64,000 nt of DNA. Origin: Acidilobaceae archaeon. GTDB lineage: Archaea; Thermoproteota; Thermoprotei_A; Sulfolobales; Acidilobaceae. The notes beneath the pieces were generated by a model, which saw only the letters and a program-made list of their open reading frames with translations, was not told where the DNA came from and ran no database searches. The stretch is from positions 768,001-832,000 of the forward strand of contig JAWAWX010000001.1 in the NCBI GenBank assembly GCA_038897215.1, given 5' to 3'. The translations under genes were made by a program, and so were the position numbers. This document shows, piece after piece, positions 20,890 to 30,445 of this stretch; position 1 is the stretch's first letter; the number at the start of each line of letters is the position of its first letter.

Positions 20890-21666
20890 TCAAGGCCAAG
20901 CTGTCCTAGATGATGCTCCATCGAACAGCACCACTGCTCCCGTCAGGTACTCTGGCGATCTCAGGAGCCCGGCTACGAAGTCTCTGAGCTCAGCCAGGCT
21001 CCCGGCTCTCCTCAGGGGGCTCCTGGCCTCGACCTCTCTCCTCCATAGCTCGCGGGGGTCTTCTCCTCTAGAGCGAGCTAGAGCCTCTATCGTCCTCTTA
21101 GCTCCAGGAGTCTCGAAGCTTCCAAGAACCAGGAGTATTGTTCTCAGCTTGTCGGGATAGCTTCTAGCAGCAACCTTCAGGATTCTCGAGAGCCCGGCTC
21201 TTGTAGCGTCTGAGACCACGAGGGGGCTCATGGGTTCAGCTACGCTGAAGCTTGTGACAGCGAGAAGGAGAGCTCTCGCTGGGTTCAGCTCTACGAGCTT
21301 CTTGATCACGAGAGCAGTGCTAGCCAGGTATAGTTGCGCTGCTTCAATCCAGTCCTCCCACTCGGCTTCGTGAACGTAGAGAGGCTCTCGAGAAGGGTTA
21401 CCGTAGCTTAGAGTAACGTAGTCGAGTCTACCGAACCACTCGAAGGCAGACTCTAGAAGCTTCTCTACGTCGCTCTTGCTCCGCATATCGCACTTGACTG
21501 GTAGGACCTCGACTCCGTAGGCCTCAGAGATCTCTCTAGCTGCCGCTCTGAGAGACTCGATGCTCCTAGACGCTACTACGAGAGAGCAGGAGAGAGACGC
21601 CTGGGCTTCAGCGAGAGCTCTCCCAACTCCTCTACTCGAAGCTGTGGCGAGCCCGTAGCAGGCCAC
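20890..21666 (-). CDS. Short-chain dehydrogenase/reductase
   Basis: TASSRGVG Rossmann motif; SYGNP; YLTGAVVLFDG. Confidence 0.85.
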   Translation of the reverse strand: MACYGLATASSRGVGRALAEAQASLSCSLVVASRSIESLRAAAREISEAYGVEVLPVKCDMRSKSDVEKLLESAFEWFGRLDYVTLSYGNPSREPLYVHEAEWEDWIEAAQLYLASTALVIKKLVELNPARALLLAVTSFSVAEPMSPLVVSDATRAGLSRILKVAARSYPDKLRTILLVLGSFETPGAKRTIEALARSRGEDPRELWRREVEARSPLRRAGSLAELRDFVAGLLRSPEYLTGAVVLFDGASSRTAWP

Positions 21667-21742
21667 CGCTTAGACCCTGCGTGTTCTCAGGCGCTCAAGG
21701 AGCTATAAGCTCCAAGCGGTCTAGATCAAGACGGTTGAGAGA

Positions 21743-22018
21743 GTGACGAAGATAACAGTCCTCAAGCGCGATGGGAGACAGGAGGAGTTCGTCCCTGAGA
21801 AGATTGTCGTGAGTTGCATGAAGGCAGGAGCTCCCCCAGACGTGGCTAGAAAGATAGCTAAGATAGTTGAAGCCAGGCTTCTCGAAGCAGGAGCTACCAC
21901 AGTGGAGGCTAGAGACTTGACTAGAATGATTCTAGACCTTCTCAGAAAAGAGAACGAGGAGTGGTACAGGAACTGGATTGTGTTCGATAGAGCAGTGAAG
22001 AGGCGGAAGACGGAGTAG
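21743..22018 (+). CDS. Stand-alone ATP-cone domain protein
   Basis: VLKRDGRQEEF.PEKI signature; 91 aa. Confidence 0.85.
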   Translation: MTKITVLKRDGRQEEFVPEKIVVSCMKAGAPPDVARKIAKIVEARLLEAGATTVEARDLTRMILDLLRKENEEWYRNWIVFDRAVKRRKTE

Positions 22019-22053
22019 GCCTAGCGGGCCTCTCCCGGGATATCTTTTCTCCC

Positions 22054-23334
22054 CTATCTTCCTCGATGTAGGAGCGCGTAGAGCAGACCTCTAGCCCCCC
22101 CTATCACGATAGCCGGGCGGAAAGACGCGGCAGCTAGAGCGGCTATGATGACCGTGTAGACTAGAGAGAAGGCAACGTAGACCAGAGCCTTAGAGACAGA
22201 CCCGCTGAGAGCGAGCATTGCTGCTCTCGCTGGAAGGTAGATGGGGGATAGAGCGAAGACTGCCTCGAGAACAGCTGATGGCTCGAAGCCCAGTAGTAGC
22301 GGGAAGAGGGGAGCTATCATCACCAGCGCTACATAAGACCCTGTCGTCAGCGCTCCCCTGATATCGCCCGCGAAGAGGACCCCTAAGATTACCCCTACTA
22401 GAGAGCCTATGACTGTCACCAGCACCAGCGAGAAGGCGGCTAGAGCTATGCCGGACGCGCCGACACCTAGCTGGCTCAAGCTAGCTGCGATGAGTTCCCC
22501 TAGGCTGGTCTCTGCTCCGGCGATGCTCACTGAGAGGGCTTGAGCGAACCCAAGCATGTACACCAGGAGGCCGACTGTCAGGCTGGCTATAGAGAGGAGG
22601 CTGACGGCCACGACTCCTCCCGCTTTGCTAACGACGACGTGCCAGCGGGGAACGGGTAGTACGAGGAGGCTCTCGATTGTTCTCGCTTCTCTCTCTATCC
22701 CCACGCTTAGCGCTCCGACCTGGACGGACGTCACGGTTAGAGCTAGCGCTACGACTAGAACGCCTAGATAGATGTTGAGTAGCGCTACTTGAGCCTCGAT
22801 AGAGAACACTTTATCGCCCAAGATCATCTCCTGCGATACAGCTATGGGTTGCGCTATGAGCGTAGCGTTTATCCCATAGACCTCGGCTAGTAGGAGAGAC
22901 GCGGCTCGGTTAACTTCTATGCTCGCGCTTTCCGCGAGCATGTAGAACGTTATGCTGAGAGGATTGTCTGCTACTATCTTCAGCGTCACTGACGCTGGAG
23001 AGCCGGTCTCGAGAGCTTTCCCGAAGCCCTTGTGCACAACTATCAGCACTCTATAGCCGCTGGCATCGCAGTCCGCGACCTCAGCTCCTAGGAGGTCAGC
23101 GAACCTCTTAGCGAGCGCGTCTCCCGAGTCCTCTAGGCAGACTAGAGTGCCGGGCGGTAGCCCTCCTGCTCCGGTCTCCTCGAACTGCTGAGCTATCCCT
23201 CCGAAGGCCAAGAGTGCTATCAGCCCCATTATTGTGAGAGCTATGAAGGGAGCCAGGATGACGCTGAATAGAATGTAGCGGTCTCTGAGGAGACTCTTAA
23301 GCTCCTTAACCAAGACGGCTTTGAGAGCGCTCAC
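22054..23334 (-). CDS. ABC-2 type exporter permease (NatB-like)
   Basis: KELKSLLRD and EREARTIESLLVLPV motifs; multi-TM. Confidence 0.85.
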   Translation of the reverse strand: MSALKAVLVKELKSLLRDRYILFSVILAPFIALTIMGLIALLAFGGIAQQFEETGAGGLPPGTLVCLEDSGDALAKRFADLLGAEVADCDASGYRVLIVVHKGFGKALETGSPASVTLKIVADNPLSITFYMLAESASIEVNRAASLLLAEVYGINATLIAQPIAVSQEMILGDKVFSIEAQVALLNIYLGVLVVALALTVTSVQVGALSVGIEREARTIESLLVLPVPRWHVVVSKAGGVVAVSLLSIASLTVGLLVYMLGFAQALSVSIAGAETSLGELIAASLSQLGVGASGIALAAFSLVLVTVIGSLVGVILGVLFAGDIRGALTTGSYVALVMIAPLFPLLLGFEPSAVLEAVFALSPIYLPARAAMLALSGSVSKALVYVAFSLVYTVIIAALAAASFRPAIVIGGARGLLYALLHRGR

Positions 23335-24074
23335 ATCGAGCCACCCGTTATCTTAACGAATGCTTCCTCGAGATTCCTGACTCTATGCTTCGCAATGATC
23401 TCCTTTGGTGACCCCTCTTCAACTATGACTCCACGGTTGATTAGCGCTACTCTATCGCATAGATATTCGACTTCCAGCATGTTGTGGCTCGAGATGATGG
23501 CGGTTGCGTCTCTAGACTTAACGTAGTCAGCGATAGCGTTTCTCACGAATAAAGCGTGCGAGACATCGAGGCCAGCCGTGGGCTCATCGAGAACCAGGAG
23601 AGTAGGCTCGACGGCAAGCGATGCCGCTACAAGAAGCCTTCTCTTCATCCCCTTGCTGTACTCCTCTACTCTCTTCCTCACAGCGTCTCCTAGCCCGGTC
23701 AAGGTCACGCCTTTCTCTACAGCTTCAGCACCGGCTCCGTATACCTCGGCTATGAACTCCAGGTACTCGAGACCCGTTAGCCCCTTGACTACGCCGGCCT
23801 CCTCTGGAACGTAAGCGATCCTCTTCTTAACCTGGAGAGGCAGATCGTAGCTCTCGTAGCCCAGCACTCTAACAGACCCCGAATCGGGCTTCAGCAAGCC
23901 TACTATCATGCGCAAGGTCGTAGTCTTACCGGCTCCGTTGGGGCCGACGATGCAGAATATTTCTCCGCTACACACTCTAAAGGAGAGCTCAGAGACAGCG
24001 ATAACGTTCCCGAATCTCTTGCTCGCCTTATCAACCACTACTACTTCTTGAGAACACCGAGTCACCAGCACCAC
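23331..24074 (-). CDS. ABC exporter ATPase (NatA-like)
   Basis: GPNGAGKTT, YSKGM, LDEPTAGLD and SSH motifs. Confidence 0.92.
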   Translation of the reverse strand: MVLVTRCSQEVVVVDKASKRFGNVIAVSELSFRVCSGEIFCIVGPNGAGKTTTLRMIVGLLKPDSGSVRVLGYESYDLPLQVKKRIAYVPEEAGVVKGLTGLEYLEFIAEVYGAGAEAVEKGVTLTGLGDAVRKRVEEYSKGMKRRLLVAASLAVEPTLLVLDEPTAGLDVSHALFVRNAIADYVKSRDATAIISSHNMLEVEYLCDRVALINRGVIVEEGSPKEIIAKHRVRNLEEAFVKITGGSM

Positions 24075-24308
24075 CCGAGCACTCGCTCAGACCCTAGAGC
24101 TTTAGAGTAATTATTACTTAAACAAGGTTCATTGCCTTAGTTGAAGGAGAACCCTCCGGAAAGATAGCTGCAAGAGAAGAGGCGGGTCGTAGCGTGAGAT
24201 CACGGGGCATCTCACAACTCTAAGAGCAGCGAGTAGCTTCACTCGTGGCGGTGGAGTGGCGATAAAAAGCCTGCAACTCTTCTTGTGAGCAATAAGGGTG
24301 CTGGTCTG

Positions 24309-24590
24309 ATGGCTGTTGTGAGAGCGCACGTCTTTGTGAGAGGGCTGGTTCAAGGTGTCTTCTTCAGAGCTCACGTGAAGAAGCTGGCTGATAGCCTCGG
24401 GGTAAAAGGGTGGGTTAGAAACCTCCCAGATGGCGAGACTGTAGAGCTCGTGGCTGAGGGCGAGAGAGACTCCGTAGAGAAGCTCGTATGCTGGTGTCTT
24501 AGAGGGCCTCCTCTAGCGCGAGTTCTAGAGGTTTCCGTCAAGTTCGCTGAGCCAACAGGCGAATTCAAGGACTTCAAGATCCTACGTTAG
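24309..24590 (+). CDS. acyP: Acylphosphatase
   Basis: VRGLVQGVFFR, GWVRNLPDG and GPP.ARV motifs (alternative GTG start at 24285). Confidence 0.95.
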   Translation: MAVVRAHVFVRGLVQGVFFRAHVKKLADSLGVKGWVRNLPDGETVELVAEGERDSVEKLVCWCLRGPPLARVLEVSVKFAEPTGEFKDFKILR

Positions 24591-24626
24591 CCTTAGCTTT
24601 TCGATTTTAAGGCTCTAGCGGCTTGC

Positions 24627-25700
24627 GTGAGCACGGTGAGAGAGTTCGCTGTTGCTAAGAGGAGAGTCCAAGTAGTTGGTAGGTCAACGTTCATAGTGTC
24701 TCTACCCAAGAGTTGGGCTAGCAGAGCGGGTCTATCCAGAGGCTCCTATGTTTACATCGAAGAGATGCCCGATGGGAGTCTCCGAGTGACAGCAGAGAGA
24801 CCGCGCGAAGAGCTTGGCTGGATGACTAGAGTGGTTGATGCGAGAGGCTCGAGTTTAGAGGATGCAGTGAGAGACGTGATCTCATCTTATATAGCTGGGT
24901 ACGATTCGATAGTGGTTCTCTACGATGAGGAGAAGGAGGAGCTCTCCTGGAAGCTCGTTGAGGTTTGTGGAGAGAGATTAGCGGACTTGCTAGTAGTTAG
25001 TGAAAACCCGGGCATGATAGTCTTCTCGATAGCGCGAAGACAGAGAGCAGGTAATCTAGCTAAACTATCTTCGCTCATGGTGAGAGCTATCCTAGAGATC
25101 ACTGATGAACTAGTGGAGAGTGCTAGAAAACGCGATATCGAGAAGCTCAGGTCTCTCCGCGATAGAGACAATATAGTCGATAAGATCTACTTCATGATGA
25201 CTAAAACCTTATCTAAGACACTCTCGGGCGAGATATCTCTAGCCGAGGCTGGCGTCAAGTCTTACGTCGAGATCCTTCATCTCTACCACGCTGCCAAGAC
25301 TCTAGAGAGGCTATCAGACCACCTCTCTTCAGCTTCGCAGACTCTAGCTAAGCTGTTCTCTTCTCAGAAAGAGCTCTCAGAAGAAGCTCTAGCTCTGATA
25401 GAGGAGACGGTCAAGATTGAGAAAGAGATGCTAAGCGCGTTCCTGAAGCTTGATGTGAGACAGGCTAAGGTAGCAGCAGCGTCCAGCGAGGCTTTAAGGA
25501 GAAAACTCGAAAGATATCTAGCTGAGGAGAGCGATGCCGACAAGCACTCGATAGCTCTCGACTTCTACAGAGTAGCTAGCTACACTTTGGATATAGCAGA
25601 GATAGTCATAGACATAAATTCTGTGAGAGAACTCCTCCAATCTAGAGCCAGATACATAACCGAGCTATCGAAGATAAGCACTAGCATAGAGAACAGGTGA
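24627..25700 (+). CDS. AbrB/MazE + PhoU domain phosphate regulator
   Basis: RRVQVVG.STFIVSLPK.W N-terminus; D..VD and LER..DH PhoU motifs. Confidence 0.85.
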   Translation: MSTVREFAVAKRRVQVVGRSTFIVSLPKSWASRAGLSRGSYVYIEEMPDGSLRVTAERPREELGWMTRVVDARGSSLEDAVRDVISSYIAGYDSIVVLYDEEKEELSWKLVEVCGERLADLLVVSENPGMIVFSIARRQRAGNLAKLSSLMVRAILEITDELVESARKRDIEKLRSLRDRDNIVDKIYFMMTKTLSKTLSGEISLAEAGVKSYVEILHLYHAAKTLERLSDHLSSASQTLAKLFSSQKELSEEALALIEETVKIEKEMLSAFLKLDVRQAKVAAASSEALRRKLERYLAEESDADKHSIALDFYRVASYTLDIAEIVIDINSVRELLQSRARYITELSKISTSIENR

Positions 25701-25736
25701 GGATGAGTAGAGGGAAAGTAGAGCAGACCCGAGGCA

Positions 25737-26198
25737 GTGGGGATTCTTGCAATGTCTCTGCAGCCATGGAGAATAGTGTTGCTTCCAATAGACACGCTAA
25801 AGCCGCATGAGGAGGTAGAGGAGCATAAAGTGCTAGAACTCTCTTCCGCCTTGGAGTCCATAGGGGAGGTTCGCTCAGCTATACTAGTAGACTCTAAGAC
25901 TTTAGTGATACTGGATGGACACCACCGCGTAGAAGCCTTGAAGCTCCTAGGGTGCAAGCTGGTTCCAGCTCTTCTAGTAGACTATGATAGTGACTGCGTG
26001 CAGGTATCCTCCTGGAGAGTTGGGACTAGTGTAGCGAAAGACGATGTTCGGAGAGCGGGACTCCAGGGGTCCTTGATGCCTCCTAAGACTAGCAGACACT
26101 CTATATGCATTCAGCCACCTCAGCTAAGTGTCTCTCTCGCAGAGCTGAGAGATTCTCGAAGAGCATACGAGGTCTTAGTAAACCTACAAGCGCCTTAG
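25737..26198 (+). CDS. Stand-alone ParB/sulfiredoxin-like domain protein
   Basis: LKPHEE, ILDGHHRVEAL and PPKTSRH motifs. Confidence 0.8.
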   Translation: MGILAMSLQPWRIVLLPIDTLKPHEEVEEHKVLELSSALESIGEVRSAILVDSKTLVILDGHHRVEALKLLGCKLVPALLVDYDSDCVQVSSWRVGTSVAKDDVRRAGLQGSLMPPKTSRHSICIQPPQLSVSLAELRDSRRAYEVLVNLQAP

Positions 26199-26255
26199 AT
26201 CGTAAGACTCTAACGTTATTAAGGCTCAGTGATATTGAGACGCGGGGGCTAGATT

Positions 26256-26480
26256 TTGTACACAGCTCATATAGGCATAGGCCCTCTAGGTCTTCCAGAG
26301 CTTCTCGTAATATTGCTTATAATACTCTTGATCTTCGGAGCAACAAAGCTACCCGAGCTAGCTAGGGCTCTAGGCCAGTCGGTCAAAGAGTTTAGGAAGT
26401 CTCTCTCCGAGGAGTCTACAGAAAAGCAGGCTGAGAAACCCACGAGAGAGGAGAAAAGCAGTAAGTCTAGCGAGGCTTGA
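26256..26480 (+). CDS. tatA: Twin-arginine translocase TatA/E
   Basis: G.PELLVI...[18 protein letters not shown]. Confidence 0.93.
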   Translation: MYTAHIGIGPLGLPELLVILLIILLIFGATKLPELARALGQSVKEFRKSLSEESTEKQAEKPTREEKSSKSSEA

Positions 26481-27450
26481 AGGGGATCAAGTCAACCATA
26501 GTCAGCAAGCCGGGACCGTAAGACCCTATTCTCTCAGCTAGGCTTAGAACGACAGCAACTGTTCCAGCATCGCCAGGAGTCCCGCTACTCCTCCAGGTCA
26601 CGCTATAGTCTCTTCCCTCAACCAGAATCTCCTCGTACTCAGGTGCACCCACGTAGGCCTCAAACTCTACTCTAGCTACCTCTACCTCTCCGTCTCCATA
26701 GGCTACTCCTCTACCCCGGATGCCTCTAACTCTCCCCTTCTCTACTTTGACTCCTCGCGACTCAACCGGAGACTCTGCTATCACGGGCTCCTGGCTCTCT
26801 ACTACTCTCCTAGGCTGAATCCCCAGAGCGTCCGCTATCAGTGCTGCAGACTCAGCGTATCCGACGTGGCCCGTCAAGGACCCCGATGCCAGCCCTAAGG
26901 CTACCTCATGGGGGTCCAGCCCTACTCCGATCTTCTTCCTGAACGGCTCTCTTCTCGAAGCAGCATCCACACTCCTTCTAGCGACTACTCTCCTAACTCC
27001 AGGCACCGAGGCTGCTATCGTTACCGCGAGAGTATCTAGGAGAAAGCCTGGGTTTATCCCTGTCCCTATGACAGCCACGTTATGCCTAACCGCTAGCTCA
27101 TCGAGCCTCCTAGCTAGCACCGGGTATTTTAGCCAGGGGTAGGATAGAGTCTCACAGGTCGATACTACGTCTGCCCCCATCTTGATGCTAGCGACTATCT
27201 GGTCATAGACTCTGTCTAGATAGGAGCCCGTAGCGTGAAGTATCACCTCAGCTCCTCTTAGAGCAGAGACTTCCCTAGAGACTCTAACCGTCACTTCTTC
27301 TACTCCGATCACCTCGCCAACGCTTCTCCCAACTAGAGCTGGGTCAACGTCTACTACCCCGACGATCTCGAAGCCTCTAGACAAGGCTTCTCTAGCTAGA
27401 AGTCTCCCGATAGAGCCGAAGCCGTAGATCCCCACGAGGAGAGACGCCAA
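26467..27450 (-). CDS. DapB-like / 2,4-diaminopentanoate dehydrogenase family oxidoreductase
   Basis: [23 protein letters not shown] and GHVG..ES motifs. Confidence 0.75.
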   Translation of the reverse strand: MASLLVGIYGFGSIGRLLAREALSRGFEIVGVVDVDPALVGRSVGEVIGVEEVTVRVSREVSALRGAEVILHATGSYLDRVYDQIVASIKMGADVVSTCETLSYPWLKYPVLARRLDELAVRHNVAVIGTGINPGFLLDTLAVTIAASVPGVRRVVARRSVDAASRREPFRKKIGVGLDPHEVALGLASGSLTGHVGYAESAALIADALGIQPRRVVESQEPVIAESPVESRGVKVEKGRVRGIRGRGVAYGDGEVEVARVEFEAYVGAPEYEEILVEGRDYSVTWRSSGTPGDAGTVAVVLSLAERIGSYGPGLLTMVDLIPFKPR

Positions 27451-27540
27451 CTCCGACCCCTCTCGAATTAAGCCCTGTCCCCCTACAAACGTGGACGAAT
27501 ATAAGCTCCACGCTCAGCACTATAGCCGGGGGCTCGCGTA

Positions 27541-27873
27541 GTGGAGAGCAATAAGCCTAGATTCTACCTGAGGGTCCACGTTCTCCCACTAGGAGGGCTC
27601 ATGGCATCCATAGTCGATGAAGAGAGTCTAGGCGTAGTCGAGAGAGACCATGAGAAAGGCTTAGTCATAGACGTGTCTGAGCACTTCTATAAGGGAGACT
27701 TGGTTGATGAAGAGGGAGCTCTTAAAGCAATGGATGAAGCTGAGGTGATGATACTAGTTGGAAGGAGAGCCGTCAGCCTAGGGATTAGAGCAGGCTATGT
27801 ACATCAGGATGCCGTTCTAAAAGTCGGCTCTCTCGAGTATGCTCAAGTATTCAAGTTCAGAGAGCATTATTAG
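27541..27873 (+). CDS. DUF424 family protein
   Basis: DEE.LG, SEHFYKG and LVG.RAV..GI..GY motifs. Confidence 0.8.
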   Translation: MESNKPRFYLRVHVLPLGGLMASIVDEESLGVVERDHEKGLVIDVSEHFYKGDLVDEEGALKAMDEAEVMILVGRRAVSLGIRAGYVHQDAVLKVGSLEYAQVFKFREHY

Positions 27874-27899
27874 CGCTCGCAACCTATCCTAAGCTCTGG

Positions 27900-27957
27900 A
27901 TGATGTAGTGCGCTAAGACCGACTAGATGGACTAGTGAGGAGGTTATCCCCGGCTGA
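27900..27957 (+). ncRNA. Box C/D 2'-O-methylation guide sRNA (candidate)
   Basis: C ATGATGT, D' CCGA, C' GTGAGGA, D CTGA; D guide GGTTATCCCCG is complementary to a CGGGGATAACC segment typical of archaeal 16S rRNA. Confidence 0.65.
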
Positions 27958-27987
27958 CAGGGGGGAGCCCTACTATCCTGTGGTGTG

Positions 27988-28089
27988 TGGTGGGCCCGGA
28001 GGGATTCGAACCCCCGACCTACGGGTCTGGAGCCCCGGCCTCGAACTCGGCGTCGAGTCCGCCGCTCTGCCTGGCTGAGCTACGGGCCC
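27988..28089 (-). tRNA. tRNA-Trp(CCA) with 25-nt non-canonical intron (28034-28058, position 30/31)
   Basis: Spliced form gives GCGGG-CT-CCA-GA-CCCGT; perfect bulge-helix-bulge; encoded CCA. Confidence 0.9.
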
Positions 28090-28132
28090 TTCCACTACTT
28101 AGATATAGGTACTGATTGGAGGGTAATTAAGC

Positions 28133-29032
28133 TTATTCGTATTGGAGAGCGGATGGCTGAGTATCGAGTCTCGCTTCGGTTAGTGCTCTGAGAGCTTCGC
28201 CTAGGGTAGTCTTCTTGTAAGCGTAGAGATTGTGGGGGTGTATGCTCTCATAGCTTTCAGCCTCTACCTCTATTACTGTCTCGCGCGGTAGCTCTTTGAA
28301 CTCTAGAGCAATATTTGCTACAGCGTCTCTCACAACGTCTTCTAACAGCTTTGGGTTCGAGAGAGCTCTCAGCACTAGCTCCGCCTCGTCTACTCTCTTC
28401 AGTAACGTGAATGCGGGTGCTGAAAAGCTCTTGAAAAGAGCCCCAGCTAGCTTCTCTATCCTCGCGAAGCCTTTGCTACTCGATATTCTGCCTTTCAGAA
28501 ACACCTTCTGTATGTGAGTCGGGGTTTTGGGAGACTCTATCCCCAAGAGCTTCGATATCGTTTGCTGAGCGGAGGGGCATGCAGTTAGCCCAGCCGCGGT
28601 CACGGCTACACTCCATACTCTAGAGCCTCCGCGCGCGACAGCGACCTCCACGTCTACCGATACAGGCTCCCTCCCTCTCAGCTTTCCGAACTCTACGTCT
28701 ACGTAGTAAGTAGTGGTCGCTCTTACCTCAACGTGCTCAGCGTAGTCGTGCTTCTCCAGCATACGCTGAGCTAGGAGCTCTAGATACTCCTCAATACTCC
28801 TAGCAGGGAGACGAGTCTCTAGAGCCTCTAGAGTAGCCTCGGTTGTTCTCGATAAATGGGCTCCTCTCCTATCTCCGGATATGCCGACGTAGAGGTCTAG
28901 AGTTACATCGAGCTGTAGTAGCCCGAGGGGGGTTTCTAGCGCGATTCTCCTCCTAAGCCCTCTGAAGCCGATTCTCTCGAGCGGGATCCTGATGGGGGGG
29001 CTTAAGTCTTGGATGTGTGTGCTACCACTCAA
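28133..29032 (-). CDS. GTP cyclohydrolase, FolE2/MptA family
   Basis: IQD, RGAHLSR, TACP.AQ, TH.Q, NP..LEDVVR and ESIHPH motifs. Confidence 0.88.
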   Translation of the reverse strand: MSGSTHIQDLSPPIRIPLERIGFRGLRRRIALETPLGLLQLDVTLDLYVGISGDRRGAHLSRTTEATLEALETRLPARSIEEYLELLAQRMLEKHDYAEHVEVRATTTYYVDVEFGKLRGREPVSVDVEVAVARGGSRVWSVAVTAAGLTACPSAQQTISKLLGIESPKTPTHIQKVFLKGRISSSKGFARIEKLAGALFKSFSAPAFTLLKRVDEAELVLRALSNPKLLEDVVRDAVANIALEFKELPRETVIEVEAESYESIHPHNLYAYKKTTLGEALRALTEARLDTQPSALQYE

Positions 29033-29052
29033 CCTCCTCTACACCCAGACTT

Positions 29053-30234
29053 TTAGACCATCTTGACTCTCGCTCTAATCTTAGCTATAGTCTCGAGGTA
29101 TAACTTAAGCCTATAGCAAGCTCTCCGGCTCCCCCGGCAGGCCACCTCCACGAGGTTCTCAGAGATAGAGGTCTCGACTCGCGCTCCTAGAACCTCTCCC
29201 GCGTCTCTAACCCCATCATCATCGACGTCAACTCTCCCAGATTCAACTCCACAAGGACCCATCCAGCAGAGTCTACAGTAGAGACTGTGAGCGTCGATAC
29301 TGGAAGAGCAGGCAGCCGGGTAGACCTTGAACCCGAGCTCTCTAGCCTCGGTCTCCAGCTTCTTCTTCAAATCAGAGGCTCTCAGAGGAACCTGATGTCT
29401 AGGACTTCTGGGACTCTCGGGGACTCTGCTTCTGAGAGCATCCACGTCTACTGCTTTCGAAGCAGTGAGCCTCTTGAGGATAGTCTCGGTGACCCTCAGC
29501 GTGCCTAGAACGACTCTCCTAATGCCTCTCCTCTCGGCCTCTCCTAGTATCTTCGCGAACTCGCTGTCAGTCACACCGGGTAGTATGGGTCTCACGAAGA
29601 GAGCCACGCTAATCCCCGCTCTAGCTAGCTCGGCTCCGAAATCGATCCTAGCGTGTGGAGAGGGAGCTCCGGGCTCGAGGACTCTGGCCTTATCCAGCGT
29701 AGTCACGGATATCAGCACATCTATTCTCCCCTTAGTGCACTCAACGAACTCCTCGACCTCGCTCGAGTCTAGCACTCCCTTGACTGAGATCTGCTGGGGA
29801 TTGCCTAGGAGAGAATTCGTGACCCTCAAGTACTCCATGGTTCTCCTCTTAGCCACGTCCATGAAGGGCTCTGTAACGCTACCGAAAGCTAGAAGGGTTC
29901 CATGGGGTCCCATCACGAAGCTCTCGTTAACGACTAACGCGTAAGCTAGCTGAAGCCCTGTGAGAGGATAGGGTCTGGGTGTGCGCGAGAAACCCATGTC
30001 GTAGATGTAGCAGTACAAGCAGCCATAGCTACAGCCAGTTGAGGTGTGAATAGTTAGCCCGCAAGGTCTAGGCTTCCTCTTCGCGTGACTATCAGCTCTA
30101 GCTCTCCTAATCTCCTCTACGCTCAAAGATCTCTCCAGTACTCCAACCAGTCTCTTCTTAGACTCCACGTCTCGAAGCACCAGGTCTCCGCTAAACCTCA
30201 CTCCAAAGCTCCCCAAGCTCTCAGCAATAATCAT
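29053..30234 (-). CDS. Radical SAM protein (SPL-like family, function unknown)
   Basis: CSYGCLYC, GSVTEPF, LEPGAP and RPILPGVTD motifs; C-terminal Cys cluster. Confidence 0.85.
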   Translation of the reverse strand: MIIAESLGSFGVRFSGDLVLRDVESKKRLVGVLERSLSVEEIRRARADSHAKRKPRPCGLTIHTSTGCSYGCLYCYIYDMGFSRTPRPYPLTGLQLAYALVVNESFVMGPHGTLLAFGSVTEPFMDVAKRRTMEYLRVTNSLLGNPQQISVKGVLDSSEVEEFVECTKGRIDVLISVTTLDKARVLEPGAPSPHARIDFGAELARAGISVALFVRPILPGVTDSEFAKILGEAERRGIRRVVLGTLRVTETILKRLTASKAVDVDALRSRVPESPRSPRHQVPLRASDLKKKLETEARELGFKVYPAACSSSIDAHSLYCRLCWMGPCGVESGRVDVDDDGVRDAGEVLGARVETSISENLVEVACRGSRRACYRLKLYLETIAKIRARVKMV

Positions 30235-30391
30235 GCCTTATATCGGGCAAGCGAGGAGAACTAGAAGCCCGATGTTAGAGTCTCTTTCTGGATTCTAACT
30301 CTCGGTAAGGAGCCTAGAGCATCCGTAATATCAGGCTAGCCTACTAAACCAGAGAAGGCCGCTTTTAACATATGAGGATATGGTGCTCGAG

Positions 30392-30445
30392 ATGGCTAAG
30401 AAGGAGAAGAAGGAGGAGAAGAAAGAGGAGAAAAAGAAGAAATAA
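30392..30445 (+). CDS. Putative 17-aa Lys/Glu micropeptide MAKKEKKEEKKEEKKKK
   Basis: ATG with upstream GGTG, TTTTAA box near 30363, downstream hairpin and pyrimidine tract. Confidence 0.5.
   Translation: MAKKEKKEEKKEEKKKK

Noticed and set aside
27985-28191. ORF MWWARRDSNPRP...
   Set aside because: Antisense translation of tRNA-Trp.
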